This document shows, piece by piece, positions 28,305 to 38,767 of a DNA stretch of 64,000 nucleotides. Numbering within the stretch: position 1 is the first letter of the stretch; each line of letters starts with the position of its first letter. The notes below the pieces were generated by a model. The model was not told where the DNA came from. It saw nothing but the letters and a program-made list of their open reading frames with translations, and did not search any database. Position numbers and translations under genes: made by a program. The DNA is taken from NCBI GenBank assembly GCA_030018455.1, contig JASEFU010000002.1:141480-205479 (forward strand). Direction: 5' to 3'. Source of the stretch: Dehalococcoidia bacterium. GTDB taxonomy: Bacteria; Chloroflexota; Dehalococcoidia; DSTF01; JALHUB01.

Positions 28305-29509
28305 CCGATTACATTCACTGCGCCGACGGCACCCGTCGCGGCTACGTTTCGCGCCGCATCAACGCCATCGCGCCCTCGGGGATACGCCGCTTCTTCGATC
28401 TGCTGGCGGAGATGGACAACGTCATCTCCCTCGGGGTCGGCCAGCCCGACTTCGTGACGCCGGACATCATCCGCAACGCCGCCATCCGCTCCATCGAAGA
28501 GGGCGAGACGCATTACACGTCCAACTACGGCATCCTCCGGTTGCGCGAGGCGATCTCCCGCCACATCGAGCACCACTACGGCGTCTACTACGACCCGGCG
28601 ACGGAGATCATCGTGACCACGGGTGTGAGCGAAGGACTGAACATCGCCATGTCGGCGCTGGTCGACCTAGGCGACGAGGTCCTCGGCCCCGACCCGCACT
28701 TCGTGGCCTACCCGCCGGCCGTCGTCCTCGCCGACGGCGTCTTCGTCCCCATCCCCACGAACGATGCCAACGCCTTCAAGATCCGCGCCAGCGACATGGA
28801 AGAGGGCATTACGCCCCGCACGAAGGCCATAATCCTCGGCTACCCGGCGAACCCCACGGGAGCCGTCATGGAGCGCGACGATTTGCTGGCGGTGGCGGAG
28901 GTGGCCGAGAAGCACAACCTGTTCGTGATCTCCGACGAGATATACGACCGGCTGGTCTACGGCGGCCACAAACACGTCTGCGTCGCCTCCCTGCCCGGCA
29001 TGCGAGAGCGCACCGTCCTCCTTGGCGGCTTTTCGAAGGCGTACGCCATGACCGGCTGGCGCCTGGGCTACGTCGCCGCCCGCGCCGACCTCGTCGAGGC
29101 GATGATGAAGGCGCACCAGTACGTTATGATGTCGGCGCCGACGACCTCGCAGTACGCGGGACTGGAGGCGCTGGCGCACGGCGAAGAAGACGTGCGGGGC
29201 ATGGTCTCGGAGTACGACAGGCGGCGGCGGCTTATCGTCAAAGGTTTCAACGACATCGGGCTGAAGTGCTTCGAGCCGCGCGGCGCCTTCTACGCCTTCC
29301 CCTCGATCAGCGTCACCGGCCTCTCCGACGAGGCGTTCGCGGAGATGCTGCTCATGGAGGAAAAGGTGGCGGTGATACCGGGCTCCGCGTTCGGGGAGTG
29401 CGGCGCGGGGCACGTGCGGGCGTGCTACGCGCAGTCGTATGAGCTGATCGAGGAGGCGCTGGAGCGCATCCGCCGCTTCGTGGAGCGCCACAAGCACGGC
29501 GCGCGCTAG
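28301..29509 (+). CDS. Pyridoxal-phosphate-dependent aminotransferase, class I/II (aspartate aminotransferase family)
   Basis: 402 aa; PLP Lys region FSKAYAMTGWRLGY. Confidence 0.9.
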   Translation: MTDYIHCADGTRRGYVSRRINAIAPSGIRRFFDLLAEMDNVISLGVGQPDFVTPDIIRNAAIRSIEEGETHYTSNYGILRLREAISRHIEHHYGVYYDPATEIIVTTGVSEGLNIAMSALVDLGDEVLGPDPHFVAYPPAVVLADGVFVPIPTNDANAFKIRASDMEEGITPRTKAIILGYPANPTGAVMERDDLLAVAEVAEKHNLFVISDEIYDRLVYGGHKHVCVASLPGMRERTVLLGGFSKAYAMTGWRLGYVAARADLVEAMMKAHQYVMMSAPTTSQYAGLEALAHGEEDVRGMVSEYDRRRRLIVKGFNDIGLKCFEPRGAFYAFPSISVTGLSDEAFAEMLLMEEKVAVIPGSAFGECGAGHVRACYAQSYELIEEALERIRRFVERHKHGAR

Positions 29510-30232
29510 CTAGGGCGGCGTAGGCGTCGCGGTAGGAGTGGGAGGCGCACCGCCCATCGCCTCAGGGTAGCGGAGCCAGTCGCCCGCCACCCAGCCGCTG
29601 CGCCCCTGCGGACGCCACCACTGGAAGCCGTCTACTTCCACAGGGCCTTCTTCCAGCACCAGCTCCGTGCCATCTGCCAGGCAGTCGACCGCCGCTTCCT
29701 TGAGGCCGGGCGCGACTCTCACGTTCAGGCAGTTGCCCGTGCCGGCAGTGACCACCGTCGCGCCGACCTGCAGTGGCCAGGGCGCGCCCGGCACTCCGGC
29801 CGTCTCCGGCTTTACGGGCAGCGTCAGATATACTTTCCAGCCCCTTCCTTCCGGCTCCAGGAACACCCACAGGTTCAAGTCGTATGAGCTCGCGCCGACG
29901 AGGAACGCCTTGCGTCCGTCCTTCTCGCCTTTGTACGCCGAGCACAGCTTCCCCTCTTCCTTCGGCTGGAGGGTCGCGCCGCAGTCACCTAGGTACTCCT
30001 GGCCCAGCGTCTCGCGCACGTACGACTCCAGCACCTGCTCGGCCGTGACCGACTCCTCGGGCGTGACGACGGGCGTGGGCGTGGGCTCCGCCTCGTCGCC
30101 GCCTCCGAGGCCGAAGGCATCGAAGCTGACCGCGGCGAAAGCGACCACGGCGACGAGTCCTGCCACCCCGCCTCCCAACATGAGCAGCCGCATTGTCGAG
30201 GAACGCTTTCCGAGAGGTGGCAGATTACTCAT
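29510..30232 (-). CDS. Secreted/membrane-anchored protein with C-terminal bacterial SH3-like domain
   Basis: N-terminal TM/signal; C-terminal SH3_3-like GTGNCLNVRVAPG...WV...GDWL. Confidence 0.55.
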   Translation of the reverse strand: MSNLPPLGKRSSTMRLLMLGGGVAGLVAVVAFAAVSFDAFGLGGGDEAEPTPTPVVTPEESVTAEQVLESYVRETLGQEYLGDCGATLQPKEEGKLCSAYKGEKDGRKAFLVGASSYDLNLWVFLEPEGRGWKVYLTLPVKPETAGVPGAPWPLQVGATVVTAGTGNCLNVRVAPGLKEAAVDCLADGTELVLEEGPVEVDGFQWWRPQGRSGWVAGDWLRYPEAMGGAPPTPTATPTPP

Positions 30233-31074
30233 GTTCGTCCCCCCTCTTCACCACTCTGCCGCCAGGGCCTGCCCGCCGCCAGCCGGAGAAAGTCGGAGTG
30301 CACGTGGCCACCTCCGGCGATGATCCCCTCGCTGAAGATGCTTACCGGCCCACCGTCGCGATCGGTGATGATGCCGCCCGCCTCTCTCACCAACAGAATA
30401 CCCGCCGCGATATCCCATGGGAAGACGTTGTTGTGGACAAAAAGGTCGTAGCGCCCGCAGGCAGCGTATGCTATGCCGAGGGCGGCGCTGCCGGGGATGC
30501 GCACGCTCTGCATCCCCGGCCAGAGGGCGCGCACGAGCTCGAGCATGTAGCCGGCGCGGATGTCGTCGTAGCCCATGTCGATGCCGAGCACGGACGCCTG
30601 GAGCGTCGCCTTCTCGGAGACGCGGATGGGCTCGCCGTTTAGCCGCACACCCTGTCCCTTAATGGCGTGGAACATCTCGTCGTGGTTGGGGTCATATGTG
30701 ACGGCGAGGACGGGTTCCCCAACGTAGCAGAGGGCGAGGTTGATGCAAAAGAAGGGGATGCCGCTGGCGTAGTTGCGCGTACCGTCGAGGGGGTCGAGGA
30801 CCCACGTCCAGCCGTCGGCTACGTCCGTGCCGGCGGGATGGCTTTCCTCGGAGAAGAGGGCGTGGTCGGGGAACTCGCGGGCGAGGATACGGACGACGTG
30901 GGCTTCGACTGCGAGGTCGGCCTCGGTGACGATATTGCCGCGTCCCTTGACGGCGATGTCCTGCGGCTTGCGGAACATGTTGAGGGCGATGCGTCCGCCC
31001 TCTTCCACGCACCGCCTCGCCACTGTCAGCGCACGGGAAGAGTTGCCGCTAAAGGGTAGCACTTGTTCTGGCAT
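30229..31074 (-). CDS. Inositol monophosphatase family protein
   Basis: LDPLDGTRNYASG... and WDIAAG motifs. Confidence 0.85.
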   Translation of the reverse strand: MPEQVLPFSGNSSRALTVARRCVEEGGRIALNMFRKPQDIAVKGRGNIVTEADLAVEAHVVRILAREFPDHALFSEESHPAGTDVADGWTWVLDPLDGTRNYASGIPFFCINLALCYVGEPVLAVTYDPNHDEMFHAIKGQGVRLNGEPIRVSEKATLQASVLGIDMGYDDIRAGYMLELVRALWPGMQSVRIPGSAALGIAYAACGRYDLFVHNNVFPWDIAAGILLVREAGGIITDRDGGPVSIFSEGIIAGGGHVHSDFLRLAAGRPWRQSGEEGGRT

Positions 31075-31098
31075 TTTGACGGCGGACGCCCCGACAGA

Positions 31099-31127
31099 AT
31101 CCTAGCTCACGTAGAGACAAGTGGCAA
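31099..31127 (-). promoter_or_regulatory. Putative promoter TTGCCA-17-TAGGAT for IMPase/SH3 operon
   Basis: In lower-GC 210-bp intergenic patch upstream of 31074 start. Confidence 0.25.
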
Positions 31128-31283
31128 AAGTAGGCAGCGGCCACACCGAACGGCCCTGGTCAAGACAACCTCTCACGCCACCAGCGCTTGGTGTGTTGCG
31201 CCCAGATACTTGGGGACCACAGGGTTTGGAAAGGTTCTAGCATAAGCGCCGCAGCCCCGCTGGCGGAATCGAAAGGAAAATTG

Positions 31284-31751
31284 CTACATCCGCTCCGGCG
31301 CGGCGACGCCCATCAGCGACAGCGTCCGCCACAACGTGAGCCGCGCCGCCTCCACCAGCTTCAGCCGCGCCTTCGTCAGCGGAACGTCGTCCGTCACCAC
31401 CCGGCAGCGCTCGTAGAAGTCGTGGAAGGCGGTCGCCAGGTCGAGCGCGTAGTGCGGCAGGTGGTGGGGCGCCAGGTTGCGCGCTACCGCCTCCACGAGC
31501 TCGGGGAGGCGCAGCATCTTGCGGATGAGCGCCAGCTCCTGGGGCTGCGTGAGCAGGCGCGTGTCGCCGTCGCTGAAATCGATGCCGCGTTCGCGCGCCA
31601 GCTTGAGGATGCCTGCGATGCGGGCGTAAGCGTACTGAACATAGTACACGGGGTTCTCGGCGCTCTGCTGCTTCGCCAGCTCGAGGTCGAACTCGACGGT
31701 GGCGTCCGCCGAGCGCATGAGGAAGAGAAAGCGGCAGGCGTCCCTCCCCAC
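31284..31751 (-). pseudogene. argS: Arginine--tRNA ligase C-terminal (DALR anticodon-binding) fragment only
   Basis: 155 aa matching ArgS C-terminus (NPVYYVQYAYARI...DALR domain); no N-terminal catalytic domain upstream. Confidence 0.6.
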
Positions 31752-31948
31752 CTCGGCGATGGCCTCCGCGACGCGCTCGACCCTAGGCAGCGATGAGAGA
31801 ACAGGAGAAAGGCTGCCGGAACGCGGCCTTTCTCCCCCCGCGTCCTTTTCCTTTCAAAGCGCCTCTCTGCTTATAATGGTCGTGCAGCCCCGACGGAGAC
31901 CTTCAGGCAGGGGCAGCGTGATCCCGCCCACGTCAGATTTGAGGAAAG

Positions 31949-33421
31949 GTGACGGCGATGTCAGACAAGACCGCCCTCTCGGAGACCAGCGCCGGCAGTG
32001 ATCTCGAAGCCCTCTTTCGACCGCAGAGCATCGCGGTCGTGGGGGCTTCTTCAAACGTGAGGAGCCAGGGCTACGAGTACGTCGAAGGGCTCGTCAAGTT
32101 CGGATTCCCGGGCCCGATCTACCCCGTCAACCCCAAGCTCGACGAGTTGCTCGGCCTGAAAGCGTACCCGCGCCTTCAGGACATCCCCGGCGGCGTCGAC
32201 TTCGTGATTTCCGCCGTCCCCGCGAGCGCCGTCTTCGAACTCGTGGAAGGAGCGAAAGAGAAAGGGGTCAAGCTCATCCATTTCTTCACCGCCCGCTTCA
32301 GCGAGACCGGCCGCGCCGACGCCATCGAAATGGAGCGCGAGCTTCGGAAGAGAACGCAGGAAGCAGGTATCCGCGTCATCGGGCCGAACTGCATGGGACT
32401 GTATTACCCAAAGCAGCGCATCACCTTCGACCCCATGGTGCTGGAAGAGGAGCCCGGCAACATCGGCTTTCTATCGCAGAGCGGCAGCCACGCCTTCCGG
32501 GTCATCGGCAGGGGGAAGAACCGCGGACTGCGCTTCAGCAAGGTCATCAGCTACGGCAACGCCCTCGACTTGAATGAGGTCGATTTCCTCTACCACTTCG
32601 CCGATGACCCCGAGACGGAGATCATCGCGGCCTACATCGAAGGCCTGCGCGACGGCAAGCGCTTCTTCGAAGCGCTACGGTATGCGGCCTCCCGCAAGCC
32701 GGTGCTGGTGATGAAGGGCGGGCGTACCCCGGCCGGCCATGCCGCCGCCTCCTCACACACCGCAGCCCTCGCAAGCGAACGCTCGATATGGAGGGTCGCG
32801 GTCGAGCAGGCGGGCGCGCTCGAGGTCGCGAGCCTGAACGAGCTCATCGACCTGCTGGTGGCCTATCGCTGCGCGGGCCCGGTGAAGGGGCGGCGCGTCG
32901 CAGTGCTGGGCGGCGCCGGCGGCGGCACCGTCGAGGCGGCCGACCTCTGCGCCGAGGCCGGCCTTGAGCTAACGCCAGTTCCCCAGGAGATCAGGGAAGC
33001 CCTGCGCGACAAGCTCCCGCACGCTTGGGACTGGATCGGCAACCCGCTCGATGCGTCGATACTCGGCTGGGGGCCGCTGCGGGCGAACGAGATGGACATC
33101 CTGGGCATGATGGCGGCCCACCCCGCCTACGACGGCGTGCTGCTCAACTTCCACGTCGAGCGGGCGCTGCACCGCATGGGCCTGGAGAAGCTGCCCCCGG
33201 AAGCGATAGAGATGGTGGCGCGGCTGGGCAGGGACAACGATAAAGCGCTTGTCCTCGTCGTCGAGGAGCCGGAAGCGCGAGAGGAAGAGCGGGTGAGGGC
33301 TGTCCTCGAAGCGCGCGACCAGCTCGCGGCGGCGGGGCTCGCCGTCTACCCCGACATCGAGCGCGGCATCCGGGCGATGGGACGCTACGTGTCGTACGAG
33401 ATGCAACGCGCGTCCCGCTGA
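31949..33421 (+). CDS. Acyl-CoA synthetase (ADP-forming) / CoA-binding domain protein (succinyl-CoA synthetase-like alpha domain)
   Basis: CoA_binding + Succ_CoA_lig-like pattern (AVVGASSN..., GPNCMG). Confidence 0.8.
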   Translation: MTAMSDKTALSETSAGSDLEALFRPQSIAVVGASSNVRSQGYEYVEGLVKFGFPGPIYPVNPKLDELLGLKAYPRLQDIPGGVDFVISAVPASAVFELVEGAKEKGVKLIHFFTARFSETGRADAIEMERELRKRTQEAGIRVIGPNCMGLYYPKQRITFDPMVLEEEPGNIGFLSQSGSHAFRVIGRGKNRGLRFSKVISYGNALDLNEVDFLYHFADDPETEIIAAYIEGLRDGKRFFEALRYAASRKPVLVMKGGRTPAGHAAASSHTAALASERSIWRVAVEQAGALEVASLNELIDLLVAYRCAGPVKGRRVAVLGGAGGGTVEAADLCAEAGLELTPVPQEIREALRDKLPHAWDWIGNPLDASILGWGPLRANEMDILGMMAAHPAYDGVLLNFHVERALHRMGLEKLPPEAIEMVARLGRDNDKALVLVVEEPEAREEERVRAVLEARDQLAAAGLAVYPDIERGIRAMGRYVSYEMQRASR

Positions 33422-33518
33422 CGCGACACAGCCGGCGCACCGCGTTCTGCAACGTACGTTTTGCCCTGAGCCTCGTCGAGTCCGGCAGCAAGAAGACTTT
33501 CTGGCAAGGAGGCAGGAT

Positions 33519-35330
33519 GTGACAGATAAAGGCCACGGCTTCAGCGCGCGCGACGGCTGGTTCATCGACCCGCAGGGACGGCATGCCATCCTGCGGGGCG
33601 TCAACCTCAGCGGCAGCTCTAAGGTGCCCTACACCCCCAACGGCGCTACCCACCTCGGCGCCGAAATCGAGGGCTGGCGGGACGTCAGCTTCATCGGGCG
33701 GCCGTTTCCGCTCGAGGAGGCGGACGAGCACCTGGGGCGCATCGCCCACTGGGGTTTCAACGTCCTGCGGCTGCTCGTCACCTGGGAGGCGATCGAGCAC
33801 GCTGGCCCACGCCGATACGACGAGGCGTACCTCGACTACGCGCGCGAGGTGGTGAAGAAGGCGCGAGAGCACGGGCTGCTCGTCTTCATCGACCCCCACC
33901 ACGACGTCTGGAGCCGCTGGACGGGCGGCGACGGCGCCCCCTTCTGGTGCTTTGAGTGGGCGGGCCTCCTGCCGGAGCGCTTTCTCGACGCCCAGGCGGT
34001 CGAGGTCGACGCCATCGACTGGCCGTACAACTACAACCGCGTCCCCATCGCGACCATGTGGACGCTGTTCTACGGCGGCGACACGTTTTGCCCCGGGCTT
34101 TCAGGCGTGCAGGAGCGCCTGCAATCGCACTACATCGACGCCATCTGCGCCCTCGCCGAGCGTCTCGCGGACCTCGATAACGTTCTCGGCTACGACACTT
34201 TGAACGAGCCCAGCGGCGGCTACATCGGCCGGGGGCAAGACCTGGCGGAGCCGCCTCCCGCTGTGGGTGGCCGCGGAGAGCGCCCTTTCTCCTGTCTCGA
34301 CTACCTTGCCGCCGCCGACGGCCACACCATCACCGCTGCAAACGGCGCCGTCCTCAACCCGAACGGCGTTTCCATCTGGAAGGACGGCTGCCCGTGGCGG
34401 AAAGCGGGTGTGTGGGACGTGGATGGTAACGGGGAGCCGGTGTTACGTTCGCCGGAGCATTTCCAGCAGGCCGGGGGACGGACGGCGACGGCATGGGACT
34501 TCATGGTGCCGTTCATGCAGCGCTTCCGCGACTCGCTGCGGCGCGTCCATCCCGGCTGCTTCGTCTTCATCGAGGGGGCGCCGCGCGACATCAACACTCC
34601 CTGGGACGACCCCGACCCGCTGGTCTGCAACGCCCGCCACTGGTACGACGTCGTAACCCTTAGCACTCGCCGGTTCGACCCAAGCGCCTACCGTACGTTT
34701 TCCGGTGATGTCCTTTCCGGCGTAGAGCAGATCGCCGGGGAGTTCACGCGCCAGCTCGCGGTCATGCAGTCGATCTCTCGGGAGCGGATGGGCAATCCGC
34801 CGATGCTTCTGGGAGAGTTCGGCATCCCCTATGACATGAATGACGGCGAGGCCTATCGCACGGGCGACTACGGCGCTCAGGAGATCGCGCTGGACGCCAA
34901 CTACCGCGCGCTGGAGGCGCTCCTGCTGAACTCCACGCAGTGGAACTACACGCCCGACAACACGCACGAGCACGGCGACCAGTGGAACAAGGAAGACCTC
35001 TCGATATGGAGCGCCGATGACGGCCGCGACCCGCGCGATCCTGACGCCGGCGGACGGGCCGTGCGCGCCTTCTGCCGTCCGTACGTCCGGTGGGCAGCGG
35101 GGCGCCCCCTGCGCATGGCGTTCGACCCCACAAGCAGCGTCTTCGAGGCATCGATCGAGAGCGACGCGCGGGCGGCGGGCCCAACGCTGGTCTACGCGCC
35201 GCGCCTGCACTATCCGGGCGGCCCGCAGGTAGAGGCTTCGAGCGGCACGGCCTTCTATGATGAAGCGACGCAGATGATAACGTGGAAGGGGCACTCAGGC
35301 ACGGCTGAGTTGCGGTTGCGGCGAAAGTAG
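33519..35330 (+). CDS. Glycoside hydrolase family 5 protein
   Basis: NVLRL...W, acid/base YDTLNEP, nucleophile LGEFGIP. Confidence 0.8.
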   Translation: MTDKGHGFSARDGWFIDPQGRHAILRGVNLSGSSKVPYTPNGATHLGAEIEGWRDVSFIGRPFPLEEADEHLGRIAHWGFNVLRLLVTWEAIEHAGPRRYDEAYLDYAREVVKKAREHGLLVFIDPHHDVWSRWTGGDGAPFWCFEWAGLLPERFLDAQAVEVDAIDWPYNYNRVPIATMWTLFYGGDTFCPGLSGVQERLQSHYIDAICALAERLADLDNVLGYDTLNEPSGGYIGRGQDLAEPPPAVGGRGERPFSCLDYLAAADGHTITAANGAVLNPNGVSIWKDGCPWRKAGVWDVDGNGEPVLRSPEHFQQAGGRTATAWDFMVPFMQRFRDSLRRVHPGCFVFIEGAPRDINTPWDDPDPLVCNARHWYDVVTLSTRRFDPSAYRTFSGDVLSGVEQIAGEFTRQLAVMQSISRERMGNPPMLLGEFGIPYDMNDGEAYRTGDYGAQEIALDANYRALEALLLNSTQWNYTPDNTHEHGDQWNKEDLSIWSADDGRDPRDPDAGGRAVRAFCRPYVRWAAGRPLRMAFDPTSSVFEASIESDARAAGPTLVYAPRLHYPGGPQVEASSGTAFYDEATQMITWKGHSGTAELRLRRK

Positions 35331-35351
35331 AAAAATGTGCCTCTGCGTCTC

Positions 35352-36944
35352 CTAGTCCTTGTCGATCCAGTAGTCGTACTTGAAGAGGCCGAACCCGTAG
35401 CAGGTCGGCGTGTAGCCCTTGATGTAGTCGTAGGCGCACCAGTGGCCGTACGGCTGGTAGAGGTGAAGCGTAGGCCCGTGCCGCTTCAGCACCAGCCTTT
35501 GCGCTTCCCACGCCAGCTTCTTCCGTTCCTCGTCGTCGATCGTTTGCTGCGCTTGGTCGAGGATGGCGTCCACCTCCGGATCGTCCACGCCCAGGTAGTT
35601 CCGGTCCGTGCGGGTATCGCCGTGGCTGTGGTGCGACTGCAGCGGTATCTCGTCCGTAATGTAGGGGTAGTGGGTGAAGACGGTGGTCTGGAAGTTGCCG
35701 AGCATCATGTTGGAGAGCCAGGCGCCGACCTCGCCGGCGTCGATGTCGATGGTGATGCCGGCCTCAGCCAGGTTGGCCTTGATAATCGCCGCCTGGTCGG
35801 GGAAATCGCTGTAGTTGCCGATGCTCAGCTTCAACCGCAGCCCTTCCTGCCCGGCAGCGGCGAGGAGCTGCTTCGCTTTCGCGACGTCCCGCTTGTAGGC
35901 CGCTTCCACCTCCTCCTTCGGCAGGGCGGTATCGAACGCCGGCGGCACGGGGCCCGCCAGCTCGCCGTCGCCGAACTGCAACCTGTCGATCATCGCCTTC
36001 CGGTCGAGCGCGATGTCGAAGGCCTCGCGCACGCGCTGGTCCTTCAAGGCGGGAGCGTTGTTGGCGTTCATGCGGAGACAGCCATAAGCGCGGTCGAGGT
36101 AGCGCGTGACGGTCGTGCCGGGAACGCCCCTGACAGCGTCGGCCTTCATTTTGTTGCTGGCAACATAGATGTCGATGGCGTTCGCGCGGTACGCCGCCTG
36201 AATCGACGCCTCGTCCGGTATGACCCTCAGACTGTGGCCATCAACGTAGGGGTAATCGTGATAGTAGAAGGGGTTGCGGACGACTTCGAGCCCTGTGTCC
36301 TGGCTGAACGAGCCGAGCATGAAGGGGCCCGTGCCGATAGCGTGGTTTGTGAGGTCGCCGAACTCCTCGACAGCCTCGACGGGGATGACGGCGCACATGC
36401 CCACGAGGTTCAGCAGGTAGGCGTACGGGTTCTTGGTGCGGGCGGTGAATGTGACGTCATCGGGCGCTTCGTACCTGTCGACCCACGTGTCCCAAGATTC
36501 ACTGGCGCCGGGCATCGACTTCTCGCGGTCGACGCTATGGACGACGTCGGAGGCGACGAACGCTCGGCCGCTTGCGGGCGGGATGTCCTGGAAGCGCACG
36601 TCGGGGCGCAGGGTGAATATCCATTCCAGCCCGTCGACCACTTCCCACGAGGTTGCCAGGTCGCCCACCGTGCCCCGCCAGTCGGTGTGCTGGACAAGGA
36701 CGCTGTAGAAGAGGCCGGCCAGCGGCGAGCCTGCCGCCGTCATGGGGTCGAGGCTGAGGAGCACCGTGCTTGCCCTGCGTATCGTTCCGCCTCGCTTCGG
36801 CTCTCCCTGTTCGGCCGGGACGGTTGCGGGCGGGCTTTCCTTCTCCTCGCCGCCGCAGCCCGCAAGCGCCATGCCGCCCGCGGCGATGGTTGTGGCGGCG
36901 CCGCCCAGAAAGGCCCTGCGTGACACCCTCGATCTGCCAAACAT
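35352..36944 (-). CDS. ABC transporter substrate-binding protein, family 5 (peptide/oligosaccharide type)
   Basis: Tat/lipoprotein-like N-term (RRAFLGG...LAGCGG), SBP_bac_5 pattern. Confidence 0.85.
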   Translation of the reverse strand: MFGRSRVSRRAFLGGAATTIAAGGMALAGCGGEEKESPPATVPAEQGEPKRGGTIRRASTVLLSLDPMTAAGSPLAGLFYSVLVQHTDWRGTVGDLATSWEVVDGLEWIFTLRPDVRFQDIPPASGRAFVASDVVHSVDREKSMPGASESWDTWVDRYEAPDDVTFTARTKNPYAYLLNLVGMCAVIPVEAVEEFGDLTNHAIGTGPFMLGSFSQDTGLEVVRNPFYYHDYPYVDGHSLRVIPDEASIQAAYRANAIDIYVASNKMKADAVRGVPGTTVTRYLDRAYGCLRMNANNAPALKDQRVREAFDIALDRKAMIDRLQFGDGELAGPVPPAFDTALPKEEVEAAYKRDVAKAKQLLAAAGQEGLRLKLSIGNYSDFPDQAAIIKANLAEAGITIDIDAGEVGAWLSNMMLGNFQTTVFTHYPYITDEIPLQSHHSHGDTRTDRNYLGVDDPEVDAILDQAQQTIDDEERKKLAWEAQRLVLKRHGPTLHLYQPYGHWCAYDYIKGYTPTCYGFGLFKYDYWIDKD

Positions 36945-36991
36945 CTTCGGTACTCCTTCAGTCCTGGGTTCGCTCCCAACTCATCTTGACT

Positions 36992-38602
36992 CTAGCCTTT
37001 GTCCAGCCAGTAGTCATACTTGAAGAGGCCCAGGCCGAACGCGCTCGGCTGGAACCCCTTCAAATAGTCGCGCACACAAAGATAGGCGTAGGGCTGGTAC
37101 AGGTGAAGCGTGGGGCCATGGCGCTTCAGGACGAGGCGCTCCGCCTCCCAGGCGATCTGCTTTCTCTCCTCGTCGTCCACGGTTTGCTGCGCCTTATCGA
37201 GCAGAGCATCCACGTCGGGGTCGTCCACGCCCAGGTAGTCGCGTTGCTCACGGGACGACCCCAGGCTGTGGTGCGACTGCAGGGGGATCTCGTCGGAGAG
37301 GAACTTGAGGTGAGAAAAGACGGTGGCCTGGAAATTGCCCAGCAGCATGTTGGCGAGCCACGTTCCGAGCTCCGCGGGCTGAAGGTTGACGTTGATGCCC
37401 GCTTCCGCGAGGTTGGCCTTGATGATCGCCGCCTGGTCGGGCATGTCGCCGTAGTTCCCCATGCTCAGGTCAATGCTCAGCTCGTCGTGGCCGGCCGCCG
37501 AGAGAAGCTGCCTGGCCCTGGCGACGTCCCGCTTGTAGGCCTGCTCGATCTCCTCTTTGGGCAAGGACGTGTCCCAGGCGGGAGGGACAGGGCCTGCAAG
37601 CTCTGCGTCGCCGAAGTGCAATCTGTCGATCATTGCGCGGCGGTCGAGCGCGATGTCGAAGGCCTCCCGAACGCGCGGGTCTTTGAACGGCTCGAACTTG
37701 ACTGCGTTCAAGCGGATGCAGGCGTAGGCGCGGTCGAGAAACCGGTGAACGGCGACGCCCTTCACATCCTTTACGGCCTCGGCCTTAATCCGGTTGCTCG
37801 CGCCGTAGGTGTCGAGGGCGCCGGCGCGGAAGGCGGCCTGAATGGAGGCTTCATCGGACATGACGCGGACGCTGATGCCGTCGAGGTAGGGGAAATCATG
37901 GTAGTAGCCGGGGTTGCGCACCATCTCAAGCCCCTTGTCGCGGTCGAACTCCGACAGGACGTAGGGGCCGCTACCCAAAACGTGGTTGCGAAGGTCGCCG
38001 AACTGATCGACAGCCTCCATGCAAACGATGCCCGATATCGTGCTGCCGACCAGCGTGGGAAGGACGTATCCATAAGGGGTCTTAGTGCGCAGGACGAATG
38101 TGCTGTCGTCGGGCGCCTCGTACCGGTCAACCCACTGGTTCCACGTGCCCGTGACCGGCAGCGACCTGTAGCGGTCGATGCTCTTGACAACGTCCTCAGC
38201 GACAAGGCGGCGCCCGTTCGCGGGCGCGACGTCCTGGAAATTGACGTCCTGACGCAGCGAGAACACCCACTCGAGACCATCGACGATCTCCCACGACGTG
38301 GCGACGTCGCCCACGTTTCCCTGCCAGTCAGTAGCGTGCACGAGGTAGCTGTAGAAGTAGGGCGCTGTGCCAACCCCCTCCGTGGTCTGCGGGTCGAGGC
38401 TCAGTATGGTGGCCGTGATGGCGACGCGGAGAGTCCCGCCGCGCACGGGCTGGCCGGCAGGCGGGGTGTCCGTCCCGGAGACGGCCGGCTGTTCGGCGTC
38501 CTCGCCGCCGCAGGCCGCGAGAGCCAGGCCGCCCGTTCCGGCAGCAAGGGCACCCCCGAGGAGTCTCCGGCGCGTAAGCCTGGTATTCGATAGAGAGCGC
38601 AT
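36992..38602 (-). CDS. ABC transporter substrate-binding protein, family 5 (paralogue of 35352..36944)
   Basis: True start MRSLSNTRLTRRRLLGG at 38602; upstream 265 codons of ORF are spurious. Confidence 0.85.
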   Translation of the reverse strand: MRSLSNTRLTRRRLLGGALAAGTGGLALAACGGEDAEQPAVSGTDTPPAGQPVRGGTLRVAITATILSLDPQTTEGVGTAPYFYSYLVHATDWQGNVGDVATSWEIVDGLEWVFSLRQDVNFQDVAPANGRRLVAEDVVKSIDRYRSLPVTGTWNQWVDRYEAPDDSTFVLRTKTPYGYVLPTLVGSTISGIVCMEAVDQFGDLRNHVLGSGPYVLSEFDRDKGLEMVRNPGYYHDFPYLDGISVRVMSDEASIQAAFRAGALDTYGASNRIKAEAVKDVKGVAVHRFLDRAYACIRLNAVKFEPFKDPRVREAFDIALDRRAMIDRLHFGDAELAGPVPPAWDTSLPKEEIEQAYKRDVARARQLLSAAGHDELSIDLSMGNYGDMPDQAAIIKANLAEAGINVNLQPAELGTWLANMLLGNFQATVFSHLKFLSDEIPLQSHHSLGSSREQRDYLGVDDPDVDALLDKAQQTVDDEERKQIAWEAERLVLKRHGPTLHLYQPYAYLCVRDYLKGFQPSAFGLGLFKYDYWLDKG

Positions 38603-38767
38603 TGTTTTCCGTCCTTGCACTTTCGGGATCGCGCGTATTATATTGGGCCGCGTCGCTTCGGCCAACGGGTCAACGCGGGCCGGTGGATTCACGCATCTTT
38701 CACGGAACGGCGAGGAGCTTTTACGTCTGCTGTATGGCCCTCCGGTATTCTTGCAGAGAGGCACGCG

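Noticed and set aside
36770-38593. 607-aa plus-strand ORF, and 35337-36923 (528 aa)
   Set aside because: Antisense shadows of the two SBP genes.
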